From: Candidatus Aminicenantes bacterium UBA4820
GTDB taxonomy: Bacteria > Acidobacteriota > UBA4820
DNA length: 47,798 nucleotides
Reading direction: 5' to 3'
Assembly: GCA_002402325.1 (NCBI GenBank)
Contig: DHFQ01000128.1
Span: 1-47,798, forward strand
The position numbers and the translations under genes were made by a program. The notes beneath the pieces are model-generated. The model worked only from the letters and a program-made list of their open reading frames with translations. It searched no databases and had not been told where the DNA came from. Position 1 is the stretch's first letter; each line of letters begins with the position of its first letter. This document shows positions 17,608-26,567 of the stretch, one piece after another.

Positions 17608-20600
17608 AAAGAATGAAAAGGTACTGGTTTTTAGGGGTCGTAGTAATTATGGCCCTGCTTTTTGCCGGGATGACTTTTGCTAATGAAAAGCCAGGTATTC
17701 TGGGAAAAAGCAATTCAATCAACAAGAAGACGGGTTTGTCCCCTATTTGGACTAATTTAAAAGGCAATAAAAGCCCGTCACCAATTAACTTCTCCGATTT
17801 GGCTACGCCGGTTTATAAAAGTCATATTTGGGACAGAAGCGAATCCACTCCACAGCCGGAAGGACTTTGTGACCCAGGTTATTACGATATGATGGGCGAA
17901 ACTTGGACAGCTGACACTGACGGAACAACTATGGTGTGGGCTGCGGGGGGGAATCTTTATTTTGCCGATGCCACTGACCCAACGCATCCATTAGAAATGT
18001 GGTGGGGCGATATTCCCATCAAAGTGAGAATCCACAATGGGATTGTTTATGTCTTCTGCTATTTTGGAACCTATTTACTTGATACTTCGGGTGGTTACAT
18101 GGGTGGCCTTAGTGTCGGTGCTTACTATGGTTATTGTGATGCTATCCCTTCTGCTGATGATTCTTACTTATTTGCATTTAGGTGGGACTTTTTTAGTATG
18201 GGTACTCCTGGGGATATGGAAGTCTATGAAATTAGCACTTTTAGTCTTCTCTACACGGTGCCACCATCGCCTAGTGGTTACTACACAGCAGGTTTTATTC
18301 CTGAAGACGAACATAGTCAAGGTAAGGTACTAATAGCAGCTGATATTGTGAATGGCTATCTTGATTTCTACGATATTTCCCAACTTGATGTGTGTGCGCC
18401 ACAGTATATTGGAACTATTGCTGATCCATACGGCAATGCCGGTCAAATATTGTATAAATACCCCTATCTATATGTAAATTATGAGCCAACATGGTATTAC
18501 CATCCTTTCTTATACTGGGGTTGGGATGATTGGTGCTGGATAAGTGTTTATCGACTTGACGATGTAAGCGATCCCAATAATCACTATTTCATTAAACAAT
18601 ATGAGGATATTTATGATGTTACGGCTATGAAGCCTGCCGATACAGGCATTTTTGTAGCAAACTTACAGGGAAGAGTTGCTCTTTTTGAAGATCAATTTGC
18701 AAATGTTATTAAGACAGGCTATTTCACTCAGCCATCAAATTACTGGATTGATAAGGCTGTATATGACGCAGGATTTTCTGCAAATGGCGGTCTTGTTGCA
18801 GATGGGGTTAAAGGGGCAAGATTTTTTGACGGTGATCTAAGGGAAACATCTCACTTTATTACAGGTGGATTTGCCTATGATGTCATTCCACAGGGTAATT
18901 ACCTCTATGTTCCGAGTGGTGGTGCCGGACTTGCAATAATTGACAATACAGATCCTACTTATCCAATCACTTTATCTTTCTTTGAACCACCCGGAATTGA
19001 TCATCTTGGTTACGGCTTTGATGAGATATATTTTGCTGCAATTTCAGGAGATGGTAATTTTGCCTATGTCAGCGATGGAACCGACAAAGTCTGGGTTGTA
19101 AATATTTCCGATAAAAGTCATCCTGTCTTACTATCAGGTATAACCACACCTTATACTACTGGTGGATCTCCAGTAACAGGTTTAGTTATGTCCGGTTCCT
19201 ATCTGTTGGTAGGAACTACCACTGATTTGCAACTGGTAGATGTTGAATCGATTGCTTCTATGCCTGCACTCATTACCAGCGTTCCTGTTGCCGGTGGAAT
19301 CTATAAAATAGAGGGATTTTCCCACAGCGCTTATCCAGGCGAAACATTTATTGGTGTTGAAAACAATGGTGCCCCTTACAATCTTTACACCTTCAGGATA
19401 AATACTCAAAACAGTCCACCCACGCTTGACCCAACCGGTGATACGACAGCGTTTCCTTTCGCAAATCTGTTAGAGGATATGACAATTGCAGGTGAAGTTG
19501 TCTATGTAATGGACAGCACTGCTACGGTTTATCCAATAAGGTTTATAGCCAACTCTCCAGCAGTTCACTTTACTTTAGATACAACGGGACAAGTACCCTA
19601 TGTATCTACTGCTGGTCCACAGGGAACAAATTTTGTTGAGGCAATCAGTTTGACAAGATTGGCTGTTACGAATTCTGGTTATATGCTTTTACTTTTGGAT
19701 ATTACAAACCCAATGGCTCCAACACTTCTTCCCACAGGAATAGGTGGTTTTGTTCCTGTTTATCCAATGAATAATGTTACTGCACTCCATTTCTACAATG
19801 GTTACCTCTATTATGGCTCCGACTGGTTTGGAACAGGGGCGGTAACTTATGACAGTACAGATGACGACCTTCCCACTGTTACCGCAGGACCGTTACCAGC
19901 CACTATTTATGCCAACTGTGCCCCAAAAATGCTGGAGGGAGTTGTTCCAATTACAGTTAAGGTGAAAGATACAACAACTGCGATTAAACAAGTGGATTTT
20001 TATTTCATTGATTATGTCGTCGGCCAGTGGAGGCGATTCAAGCAAATTAAGACGCAAACACCTGCCGGGGTTGAGGGAACATATACAGCCAACTTTGATA
20101 CTCTTGCGTGGTGGAAACAAACAGGCAGTAAAGACCCATCTCCAATTCGAGTAAGGGTCTACGATTCGGCCTGCAACACTCTAGTTTATAACTCCGTTGA
20201 TTCATATGGAATAAATGTTCCTCCTGAGTTCACGGTCACCTTTGATGCTGGATGTAATCATCCACCTCTTTCCCAGCCGTGTGAGTCAGAAAACTGGATA
20301 GTCTGCGGCAAACTTGGCTTCACAGTTACTGGAACGGATTATCCTACCAATTTGAAGCCGGATTGCGCTGCTTCTAATGTAAGTCAAATTGCCTATAATA
20401 TTGATAAAGGCACTGATGGTCCCTGGACAATATTTAGCCCCGTAACTTCACAGTATATTACCATTGACACAGCCTCTTTAACTGATGGACCTCACACGCT
20501 TTATATCAGGGTTACCAACGCCGTTGGGCTTTCCCAGATGACTGAGCAAACAACTGGGAGGAGTTCGTGGACATTTATTGTTGACAACAATGGACCAAGT

Positions 20601-21461
20601 CCCTATATAACCGCACCTATGGCAGGAGACCTTGTTAAAGGATCTTCTATTAAGCTTGCTGCAAAAATGCAAGATGAATTAGAGGGAAAACCTGTCAAAA
20701 AAGTTGAGTTTTACCTTGATGATCCCAACCCGGGAGATGATATTATAGGAGGAACTCTTATTGGTACAGTAACTACAAAGGATGAACAAGGTGAGTACTC
20801 AACAACATGGGATGCATCAACGTTTACTTATGGCGACCATGTTCTTGTGGCGTGGGCGTATCTTGATACCGCCTGTTGTTTTGGACCATTTAAGACTCCA
20901 CTCGTTTCCTTTAACCTTGTTCAGTATGTTGCTATGACAGTAACAGCAACCGCAGCACCGACTTCAGTGGGTATTGATCAGGCGGTTACCTTTACAGCAG
21001 CAGTTACGGGTGGACAGGAACCATATACTTATGCTTGGGCATTTGGTGATAGTGAAACTGGTTCAGGGCAAGTTACAACTCACAGTTATACAACCGCTGG
21101 TTCTTACAGCGCAACTGTTACTGTTACCGATAATACAGGCACCTCGGTAACATCACAGCCTGTTACAATAACTGTTAGTGGTACACCACCTCCACCGCCA
21201 CCTGAAAATCCTGTTATCACAAGCGTGAAAAAGGCAAGAAGCCCATTCAGACTCCACATCTATGGCTCTAAATTTAAGCCCGGTTGTGAAGTTTATATTG
21301 GCACTACAAAAGTTCCAATAACCACATACAAGGATTCATCCCATGTAGTTGCCAAGAAGGGCGCTGCACTCAAGGCTCTTTGCCCGAAGGGTGTTCAGGT
21401 TATGATCACGGTTAAGAACCCTGATGGCGGAGTGTCTAACGAATTTCCATACACAAGATAA
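17604..21461 (+). CDS. large secreted LVIVD-repeat beta-propeller protein with Ig-like, PKD and C-terminal IPT/TIG-like domains
   Basis: Signal peptide MKRMKRYWFLGVVVIMALLFAGMTFA. Repeated LVIVD-type strands (LAIIDNTDPTYP, VWVVNISDKSHP, LQLVDVESIASMP, LLLLDITNPMAP). PKD motif (YTYAWAFGDSETG...YSATVTVTDNTG), a PPPPPP linker and an IPT-like tail. AAGGAGG SD. Confidence 0.8.
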   Translation: MKRMKRYWFLGVVVIMALLFAGMTFANEKPGILGKSNSINKKTGLSPIWTNLKGNKSPSPINFSDLATPVYKSHIWDRSESTPQPEGLCDPGYYDMMGETWTADTDGTTMVWAAGGNLYFADATDPTHPLEMWWGDIPIKVRIHNGIVYVFCYFGTYLLDTSGGYMGGLSVGAYYGYCDAIPSADDSYLFAFRWDFFSMGTPGDMEVYEISTFSLLYTVPPSPSGYYTAGFIPEDEHSQGKVLIAADIVNGYLDFYDISQLDVCAPQYIGTIADPYGNAGQILYKYPYLYVNYEPTWYYHPFLYWGWDDWCWISVYRLDDVSDPNNHYFIKQYEDIYDVTAMKPADTGIFVANLQGRVALFEDQFANVIKTGYFTQPSNYWIDKAVYDAGFSANGGLVADGVKGARFFDGDLRETSHFITGGFAYDVIPQGNYLYVPSGGAGLAIIDNTDPTYPITLSFFEPPGIDHLGYGFDEIYFAAISGDGNFAYVSDGTDKVWVVNISDKSHPVLLSGITTPYTTGGSPVTGLVMSGSYLLVGTTTDLQLVDVESIASMPALITSVPVAGGIYKIEGFSHSAYPGETFIGVENNGAPYNLYTFRINTQNSPPTLDPTGDTTAFPFANLLEDMTIAGEVVYVMDSTATVYPIRFIANSPAVHFTLDTTGQVPYVSTAGPQGTNFVEAISLTRLAVTNSGYMLLLLDITNPMAPTLLPTGIGGFVPVYPMNNVTALHFYNGYLYYGSDWFGTGAVTYDSTDDDLPTVTAGPLPATIYANCAPKMLEGVVPITVKVKDTTTAIKQVDFYFIDYVVGQWRRFKQIKTQTPAGVEGTYTANFDTLAWWKQTGSKDPSPIRVRVYDSACNTLVYNSVDSYGINVPPEFTVTFDAGCNHPPLSQPCESENWIVCGKLGFTVTGTDYPTNLKPDCAASNVSQIAYNIDKGTDGPWTIFSPVTSQYITIDTASLTDGPHTLYIRVTNAVGLSQMTEQTTGRSSWTFIVDNNGPSPYITAPMAGDLVKGSSIKLAAKMQDELEGKPVKKVEFYLDDPNPGDDIIGGTLIGTVTTKDEQGEYSTTWDASTFTYGDHVLVAWAYLDTACCFGPFKTPLVSFNLVQYVAMTVTATAAPTSVGIDQAVTFTAAVTGGQEPYTYAWAFGDSETGSGQVTTHSYTTAGSYSATVTVTDNTGTSVTSQPVTITVSGTPPPPPPENPVITSVKKARSPFRLHIYGSKFKPGCEVYIGTTKVPITTYKDSSHVVAKKGAALKALCPKGVQVMITVKNPDGGVSNEFPYTR

Positions 21462-21486
21462 TCTCACCATATTGTGTGATATAAAA

Positions 21487-21513
21487 GGGCGGCTAAAAGC
21501 CGCCCTTTTTTTT
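21487..21513 (+). terminator. rho-independent terminator
   Basis: GGGCGGC-TAAAA-GCCGCCC stem-loop followed by T8, 25 nt after the stop codon. Confidence 0.85.
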
Positions 21514-21522
21514 GTTTCAATA

Positions 21523-21531
21523 TGGTATAAT
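21523..21531 (+). promoter_or_regulatory. extended -10 promoter element (TGGTATAAT)
   Basis: TGnTATAAT match 22 nt upstream of ATG 21553. GGAGG at 21539-21543. Confidence 0.5.
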
Positions 21532-21552
21532 TTAATCTGGAGGTTAGTATAA

Positions 21553-23130
21553 ATGGCGTATCTTTCCTTTAAAATTGGGGGAGAAGATCAAAAATTTGAA
21601 ATTAAAAAAGAGATTATTTCTATTGGTAGAATGGAGGGAAACGACCTCATCCTTTTTGATCCAACTATTTCAAGAAGGCATTGTGAGTTAGAAAAAAATG
21701 GGAAGAGTTATATTTTAAAAGATTTAAATTCAAGAAATGGATTATTCGTTAATGGAGAAAAGATATCAACAAGGGAAGTTAAGGATGGGGATGAGATAAA
21801 GGTGGGGAGTTTTCCATTAAAATTTAAAATGGGTGAACCAGATGATGTTTTGATTTCTGATAGTCAGATGTCTATGGCTGAAGGGACTATTGTCCGCTCT
21901 CTTGATGAAATTCAGGCGATGTTAAAGGGGGAGATAAAAGAATCAAAGATAGAGGAAGCAAAGACAATAGAGTTTGATAGAATTCAAAAGAATCAAAAGA
22001 TACTTTCAAGTCTCAATGAGGTTTCAAGGCAGTTGATTGAGGCGCAGAGTTATGAGGAGGTTCTTGAGAAGGTCATAGAAATCATTTTTGAGCAAGTTCA
22101 AGCCCAAAGAGGCGTCATCCTTTTAACAGATGAAAAAAGTGGCGAATTGGAACCAAAAATAATAAAACAGGCGGACAAAAGTGGTGAACAGATTAGAATC
22201 AGTCAAACAATAGCAAAAAAGTCCTTTAACGATAAGGTTGCAATTTTATGCCACGATGCTCAGACGGATGAAAGATTTCAGGCAGGTGCATCAATAAGGA
22301 TGCTTGGAATAAGATCTGCATTGTGTGTTCCATTGCTTGTTGGAGATAAGGCAATTGGGCTAATTTATGTTGATACTCCTTTGAGGGTAAAGGCTTATGG
22401 AAACTATGAACTTGAACTTCTTTCTGCCCTTTCGGGACTTTGTGGAGTTGCCATTCGTCAGGCGTCATTGAGAGCGAAACTTGAAGAGGAAAAGATGGCA
22501 AAATCAAGGCTTGAAAGATACCATTCACCGAGCGTTTTAAAAAGAATTCTTGAATCAATAGAAAAGGCTGGAAGCCTTGTTGCTAAAGAGGTTGAAGCGA
22601 CTGTTTTATTTGCTGATTTATGCAGTTTTACTTCAATGAGTGAAAATATGGAGCCGGGTAAAGTTGCAGAAATTTTAAATGGTTTTTTATCAAGGATGAC
22701 CGATGTCATATTTGATAATGAAGGAACTCTTGATAAATTTATAGGGGATTGTGTGATGGCAGTCTTTGGTGCACCTGTTGAAAGAGATGACCACGCCGAA
22801 TGTGCGATAAAGTGTGCGATTGAAATGAAAAATGAACTTATGGAATACAATAAAAATGGAGACATTCAACTGAACTTTAGAGTTGGGATAAATTCAGGAA
22901 AAATGGTTGCAGGAGATATTGGAAGCCCGAAAAGAATGGAATACACAGTTCTTGGAGAATCTGTCAACCTTGCTTCAAGGTTACAATCTTATGTTGCAAA
23001 ACCGGGTCAAATTGTAATTGGACAAAGAAGTTATGAGTTGACAAAAGGTAAATTTAAAACCATAGAGATTGGCGGTGTTCAGGTAAAAGGTATCACTAAA
23101 ACGCTCACTGCTTATGAGGTGATTGGATGA
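21553..23130 (+). CDS. FHA-GAF-class III adenylate/guanylate cyclase
   Basis: N-terminal FHA domain (GRMEGNDLILFDPTISRRHCEL...NSRNGLFVNG), central GAF-like region and a cyclase domain (ATVLFADLCSFTSMSE...KFIGDCVMAVFGAP...GESVNLASRL). Confidence 0.85.
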   Translation: MAYLSFKIGGEDQKFEIKKEIISIGRMEGNDLILFDPTISRRHCELEKNGKSYILKDLNSRNGLFVNGEKISTREVKDGDEIKVGSFPLKFKMGEPDDVLISDSQMSMAEGTIVRSLDEIQAMLKGEIKESKIEEAKTIEFDRIQKNQKILSSLNEVSRQLIEAQSYEEVLEKVIEIIFEQVQAQRGVILLTDEKSGELEPKIIKQADKSGEQIRISQTIAKKSFNDKVAILCHDAQTDERFQAGASIRMLGIRSALCVPLLVGDKAIGLIYVDTPLRVKAYGNYELELLSALSGLCGVAIRQASLRAKLEEEKMAKSRLERYHSPSVLKRILESIEKAGSLVAKEVEATVLFADLCSFTSMSENMEPGKVAEILNGFLSRMTDVIFDNEGTLDKFIGDCVMAVFGAPVERDDHAECAIKCAIEMKNELMEYNKNGDIQLNFRVGINSGKMVAGDIGSPKRMEYTVLGESVNLASRLQSYVAKPGQIVIGQRSYELTKGKFKTIEIGGVQVKGITKTLTAYEVIG

Positions 23131-23987
23131 AAAGAGTCGTTTTTCTTTTTGTTGTGTCAATTCTAATTCTATCCTGCGCTGGACCTGAGACGAGGCTGCC
23201 TTCTTCTACTAACGCTGTTAAATCAATGAAAGTTGATAGTGATGACACCTTTAAATCCCTTCCTGGGGATGAGAATATAAAAAATAGTGAAATTGCTTAC
23301 AACCTTGCCCTTGAGTATGCTCAGGCAAGAAATATGAATGCTGCTCACCACTACATTGATCTTGCGATGAGGCTTGAACCTCATGCAAAATATTCATACA
23401 CAAAGGGGGTCTTTTATCTTGGAGAAAAGAGATACGATAAGGCAATTTTATGGCTTGATAAATCTATGTCTCAAGGTCCGGATGAACTACAGGCAAAACT
23501 TGACATTTTGAACGCTCAGGGAATTGCGCTTTTGAACCTTAAAAGATATGAAGAGGCTAAAGGTAAATTCAGGGAAATAATAAACACAGAAGGGCTGGTT
23601 TCAAAGTTCAACGCCTATTACAACCTTGGACTTATCTATCTTGAAGAGGGTAGCACTGACGATGCTGAAAATGTTTTGAGAAAAGCGCTTGAAGAAAATC
23701 CAAACGATTACAGGGTATATGTCAAACTTGGAAATATTGCAAAAAAGAGAGGAGATTACCTTTCTGCTTATGGAGATTTTTCAAAAGCGGGAGAACTCGT
23801 TGAGCAAGTGTATTCTTCTTTACAGGCAGATGGACCAGAAATTTATTTTAATCTTGCTGAGAGTCTTTTAAAATTAAATAGGGTTGAGGAGTGCAGGAAT
23901 GCCCTTTTGAAGGTGATAAAGATAGCGCCAGAGGGACCTTTTGGATTAAAGGCAAAAGAGGTTCTTTCAAAACTTCCTCAGGAGTAA
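23127..23987 (+). CDS. TPR-repeat lipoprotein
   Basis: Lipobox ILILSC followed by several TPR-like repeats. ATGA overlap with the cyclase stop. Confidence 0.7.
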   Translation: MKRVVFLFVVSILILSCAGPETRLPSSTNAVKSMKVDSDDTFKSLPGDENIKNSEIAYNLALEYAQARNMNAAHHYIDLAMRLEPHAKYSYTKGVFYLGEKRYDKAILWLDKSMSQGPDELQAKLDILNAQGIALLNLKRYEEAKGKFREIINTEGLVSKFNAYYNLGLIYLEEGSTDDAENVLRKALEENPNDYRVYVKLGNIAKKRGDYLSAYGDFSKAGELVEQVYSSLQADGPEIYFNLAESLLKLNRVEECRNALLKVIKIAPEGPFGLKAKEVLSKLPQE

Positions 23988-23992
23988 AGAAA

Positions 23993-24865
23993 ATGTTTGG
24001 AAAAATAAGGGAAGGTTTAAAAAAGACGAGAGAGTCTTTTGGAAAGACGATAGACTCTCTTTTTAAGGATAAGAAAGAAATTAAAAAAACGATAGAAGAA
24101 CTTGAGGAGACCCTCATTCTTGCAGATATTGGAATTTCCACAGTTTCTAAACTGATAAAAGGGCTTGAAAAAGAGGATAATCCAAAAGAATCTTTGATGA
24201 AACGGGTCAGAGAAATTTTGTCAAGCGCTGAACCTTTCAAGACGCAAAATCAAAAGCCTTATATTCATTTATTTGTTGGTGTAAACGGGGTTGGAAAGAC
24301 TACGACAATTGGAAAAATAGCAAGAAAAAGAAGCGAATCGGGTGAAAGAGGTGTAGTTGCTGCCTGTGACACATTCAGGGCTGCGGCGGTTGAACAACTT
24401 GATATATGGGCAAAAAGAAGTAATGTTGAAATAGTAAAAAATCTTGAAGGAACCGATCCCGCATCAATTGCCTACGATGCTGTAGCAAAGTGTGTTTCAA
24501 AAAATTACGATTTCTGCCTCATTGATACAGCGGGAAGGCTTCATACAAAGCACAATTTAATGGAAGAACTTGAAAAAGTTGTGAGGGTAATAAATAAAGG
24601 TTTAAGTGGAGCACCACACCAGATCAGTCTGGTTCTTGATTCTACGACGGGGCAGAATGGACTTAATCAGGCGAGAGAATTTCTTTCTAAAATAAAGGTT
24701 ACAGATTTAATTTTGACAAAACTTGATGGTAGCGCAAAAGGGGGAATTGCCCTTTCAATTGTTGATGAATTGAAAATACCCATAAGTTATGTTGGCGTTG
24801 GAGAAAAGGTGGAAGACCTTGTTTTATTTGACGCTGAAGAGTATGCTCAAGGACTTTTTGAATGA
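23993..24865 (+). CDS. ftsY: signal recognition particle receptor FtsY (short form, no acidic A domain)
   Basis: MFGKIREGLKKT start, GVNGVGKTTTIGK, DTAGRLH and TKLDGSAKGG GTPase motifs. The ORF-track N-terminal extension (23891) overlaps the TPR gene and was rejected. Confidence 0.9.
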   Translation: MFGKIREGLKKTRESFGKTIDSLFKDKKEIKKTIEELEETLILADIGISTVSKLIKGLEKEDNPKESLMKRVREILSSAEPFKTQNQKPYIHLFVGVNGVGKTTTIGKIARKRSESGERGVVAACDTFRAAAVEQLDIWAKRSNVEIVKNLEGTDPASIAYDAVAKCVSKNYDFCLIDTAGRLHTKHNLMEELEKVVRVINKGLSGAPHQISLVLDSTTGQNGLNQAREFLSKIKVTDLILTKLDGSAKGGIALSIVDELKIPISYVGVGEKVEDLVLFDAEEYAQGLFE

Positions 24866-25953
24866 TTGAAGAGAAATTTCTTAGAAAAGCGATTTCTCTT
24901 GCAAAGAGAGGATGGGGAAGAACCCACCCGAATCCATCTGTCGGTGCTGTTTTAGTTAAAAATGGAAAAATTGTCGGTATGGGTTATCACAAAGGTGTTG
25001 GAAAAGACCACGCTGAGGTTATGGCTATAAAAAATGCAAATGAAAATGTCAAAGGTTCAGACCTTTATGTTACACTTGAACCATGTTCGATTTATGGAAA
25101 AACTCCCCCCTGCACAAAGGCGATAATAAATGAGGGAATAAAAAGGGTTATATCAGGAACCATTGACCCAAATCCAAAGGTAAATGGTAAAGGCTTTGAA
25201 GAGTTAAGAGTAAGTGGAGTTGAAGTAATAGAAAATGTTTTAAAGGAAGAGTGCGTAAATTTGGACAAACCTTACTTTATTTTTCATACAAAAAAAAGGA
25301 GTTTTATTCATTTAAAGTGGGCTCAAACTCTTGATGGAATAACATCTCTTGAAGAAGGTGGTTATATCTCTTGTAAGGAAACTTTAGAAAATGTTCACAA
25401 AGAGCGATTTCTTTCTGATGCAATTTTGGTAACATCTGGAACCATTTTAAGAGACCATCCAAAACTTACGATAAGACATTACAAAAAAAAGAAACCTATA
25501 ATGAGGGTGATAATTGATAAAAATGGACTCTCTTACATTCCCTCAGAAACCCTTGAAACTGCAAAAGATTGTGGAGAAATCATTATCTTTAGGTCCACAG
25601 TTTTTAAAAATCTCAAACCTATTAAAGGTGAAAATGTAACTACGATTCTTTGTGATGTTGATAATAGTTACAAAGAACTTTTTTATGAAGTTCTAAAGTA
25701 TTTAAAAGAAAAAATGGTTGTCTCTTTATTTGTTGAAGCGGTTGGAGGTCTTGCGACATCAATCCTTGAAGAGAACATTGTTGACAGATTAACTGTTGAA
25801 GTGTCTCCACAAATTGGTGGAAGGAATTTTTCTCCTCCACCTGTGTTAAAACCCTTGAAGAATAGAGTTAATTTTTTTGAAGGAAAAGTTAGAAAGGTTG
25901 GAAGAGATTACATCTTTACAACTGATTTAGAGGGAAAATGTTTACAGGAATAG
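24862..25953 (+). CDS. ribD: bifunctional diaminohydroxyphosphoribosylaminopyrimidine deaminase / 5-amino-6-(5-phosphoribosylamino)uracil reductase
   Basis: Deaminase motifs HAEV and PCSIYGKTPPC, plus a C-terminal reductase domain. ATGA overlap with ftsY. Confidence 0.9.
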   Translation: MIEEKFLRKAISLAKRGWGRTHPNPSVGAVLVKNGKIVGMGYHKGVGKDHAEVMAIKNANENVKGSDLYVTLEPCSIYGKTPPCTKAIINEGIKRVISGTIDPNPKVNGKGFEELRVSGVEVIENVLKEECVNLDKPYFIFHTKKRSFIHLKWAQTLDGITSLEEGGYISCKETLENVHKERFLSDAILVTSGTILRDHPKLTIRHYKKKKPIMRVIIDKNGLSYIPSETLETAKDCGEIIIFRSTVFKNLKPIKGENVTTILCDVDNSYKELFYEVLKYLKEKMVVSLFVEAVGGLATSILEENIVDRLTVEVSPQIGGRNFSPPPVLKPLKNRVNFFEGKVRKVGRDYIFTTDLEGKCLQE

Positions 25954-26567
25954 TCAAGGAATTGGGAATAATTAAGGAAGTAAAAGAAAAGGGCAAGGGA
26001 AAAATCTTTAAAGTCGCCTGCAAAGAGTGTTTGAATGGCATAAAATTGGGAATGAGCATTGCTGTAGATGGCGTTTGTTTAACCGTTACTGATTTTGATA
26101 AGAGTTCTTTTTCTTCTTATGCATCATCGCAAACCATCAGCGTAACAACTCTTTCAACTCTTAAGAAAGGAGATTCTGTCAATCTTGAGCCTGCATTAAG
26201 GGCAGAGGACACTTTTTCAGGCCATTTTGTTCAGGGGCACATTGAAGGAGTTGGAAAAGTTGTCTCTTTGAGAAAAAATAAAAATGATTATCTTTTAAAA
26301 ATTAGAGTACCCAAAAATTTGATGGATTGTGTGATAGAGAAAGGCTCAATTGCAATTTCTGGTGTGAGTTTGACTGTTTCTGAAATTCAAGGCGATGTCC
26401 TCTCAATAGTTTTAATTCCATTTACATTGAAAAATACGACTCTTTTGAAATTGAAAAGAGGAAGCAAGGTCAATATTGAAACGGACATTCTTGTAAGAAG
26501 CATTCAAAGTGTTTTAAAAAAACAAAGCAATCTAACAATCGAAAAACTTATTGAAGAGGATTTTTAG
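25938..26567 (+). CDS. ribE: riboflavin synthase alpha chain
   Basis: MFTGIV start and a duplicated lumazine-binding repeat (SIAVDGVCLTV / SIAISGVSLTV). Confidence 0.9.
   Translation: MFTGIVKELGIIKEVKEKGKGKIFKVACKECLNGIKLGMSIAVDGVCLTVTDFDKSSFSSYASSQTISVTTLSTLKKGDSVNLEPALRAEDTFSGHFVQGHIEGVGKVVSLRKNKNDYLLKIRVPKNLMDCVIEKGSIAISGVSLTVSEIQGDVLSIVLIPFTLKNTTLLKLKRGSKVNIETDILVRSIQSVLKKQSNLTIEKLIEEDF

Noticed and set aside
22226-22865. 110-aa and 135-aa minus-strand ORFs inside the cyclase gene
   Set aside because: They are antisense shadows of the FHA-GAF-cyclase ORF and carry no independent signals.
23848-24240. 130-aa minus-strand ORF, and the FtsY N-terminal extension starting at 23891
   Set aside because: The minus-strand ORF is antisense to the TPR/ftsY junction. 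The FtsY extension overlaps the TPR gene by ~100 nt, whereas ATG 23993 (MFGKIREGLKK) is the canonical FtsY N-terminus and is preceded by GGAG.
24700-24900. Looked for an FMN riboswitch upstream of ribD
   Set aside because: ribD overlaps ftsY by 4 nt, so there is no leader in which an RFN element could sit.
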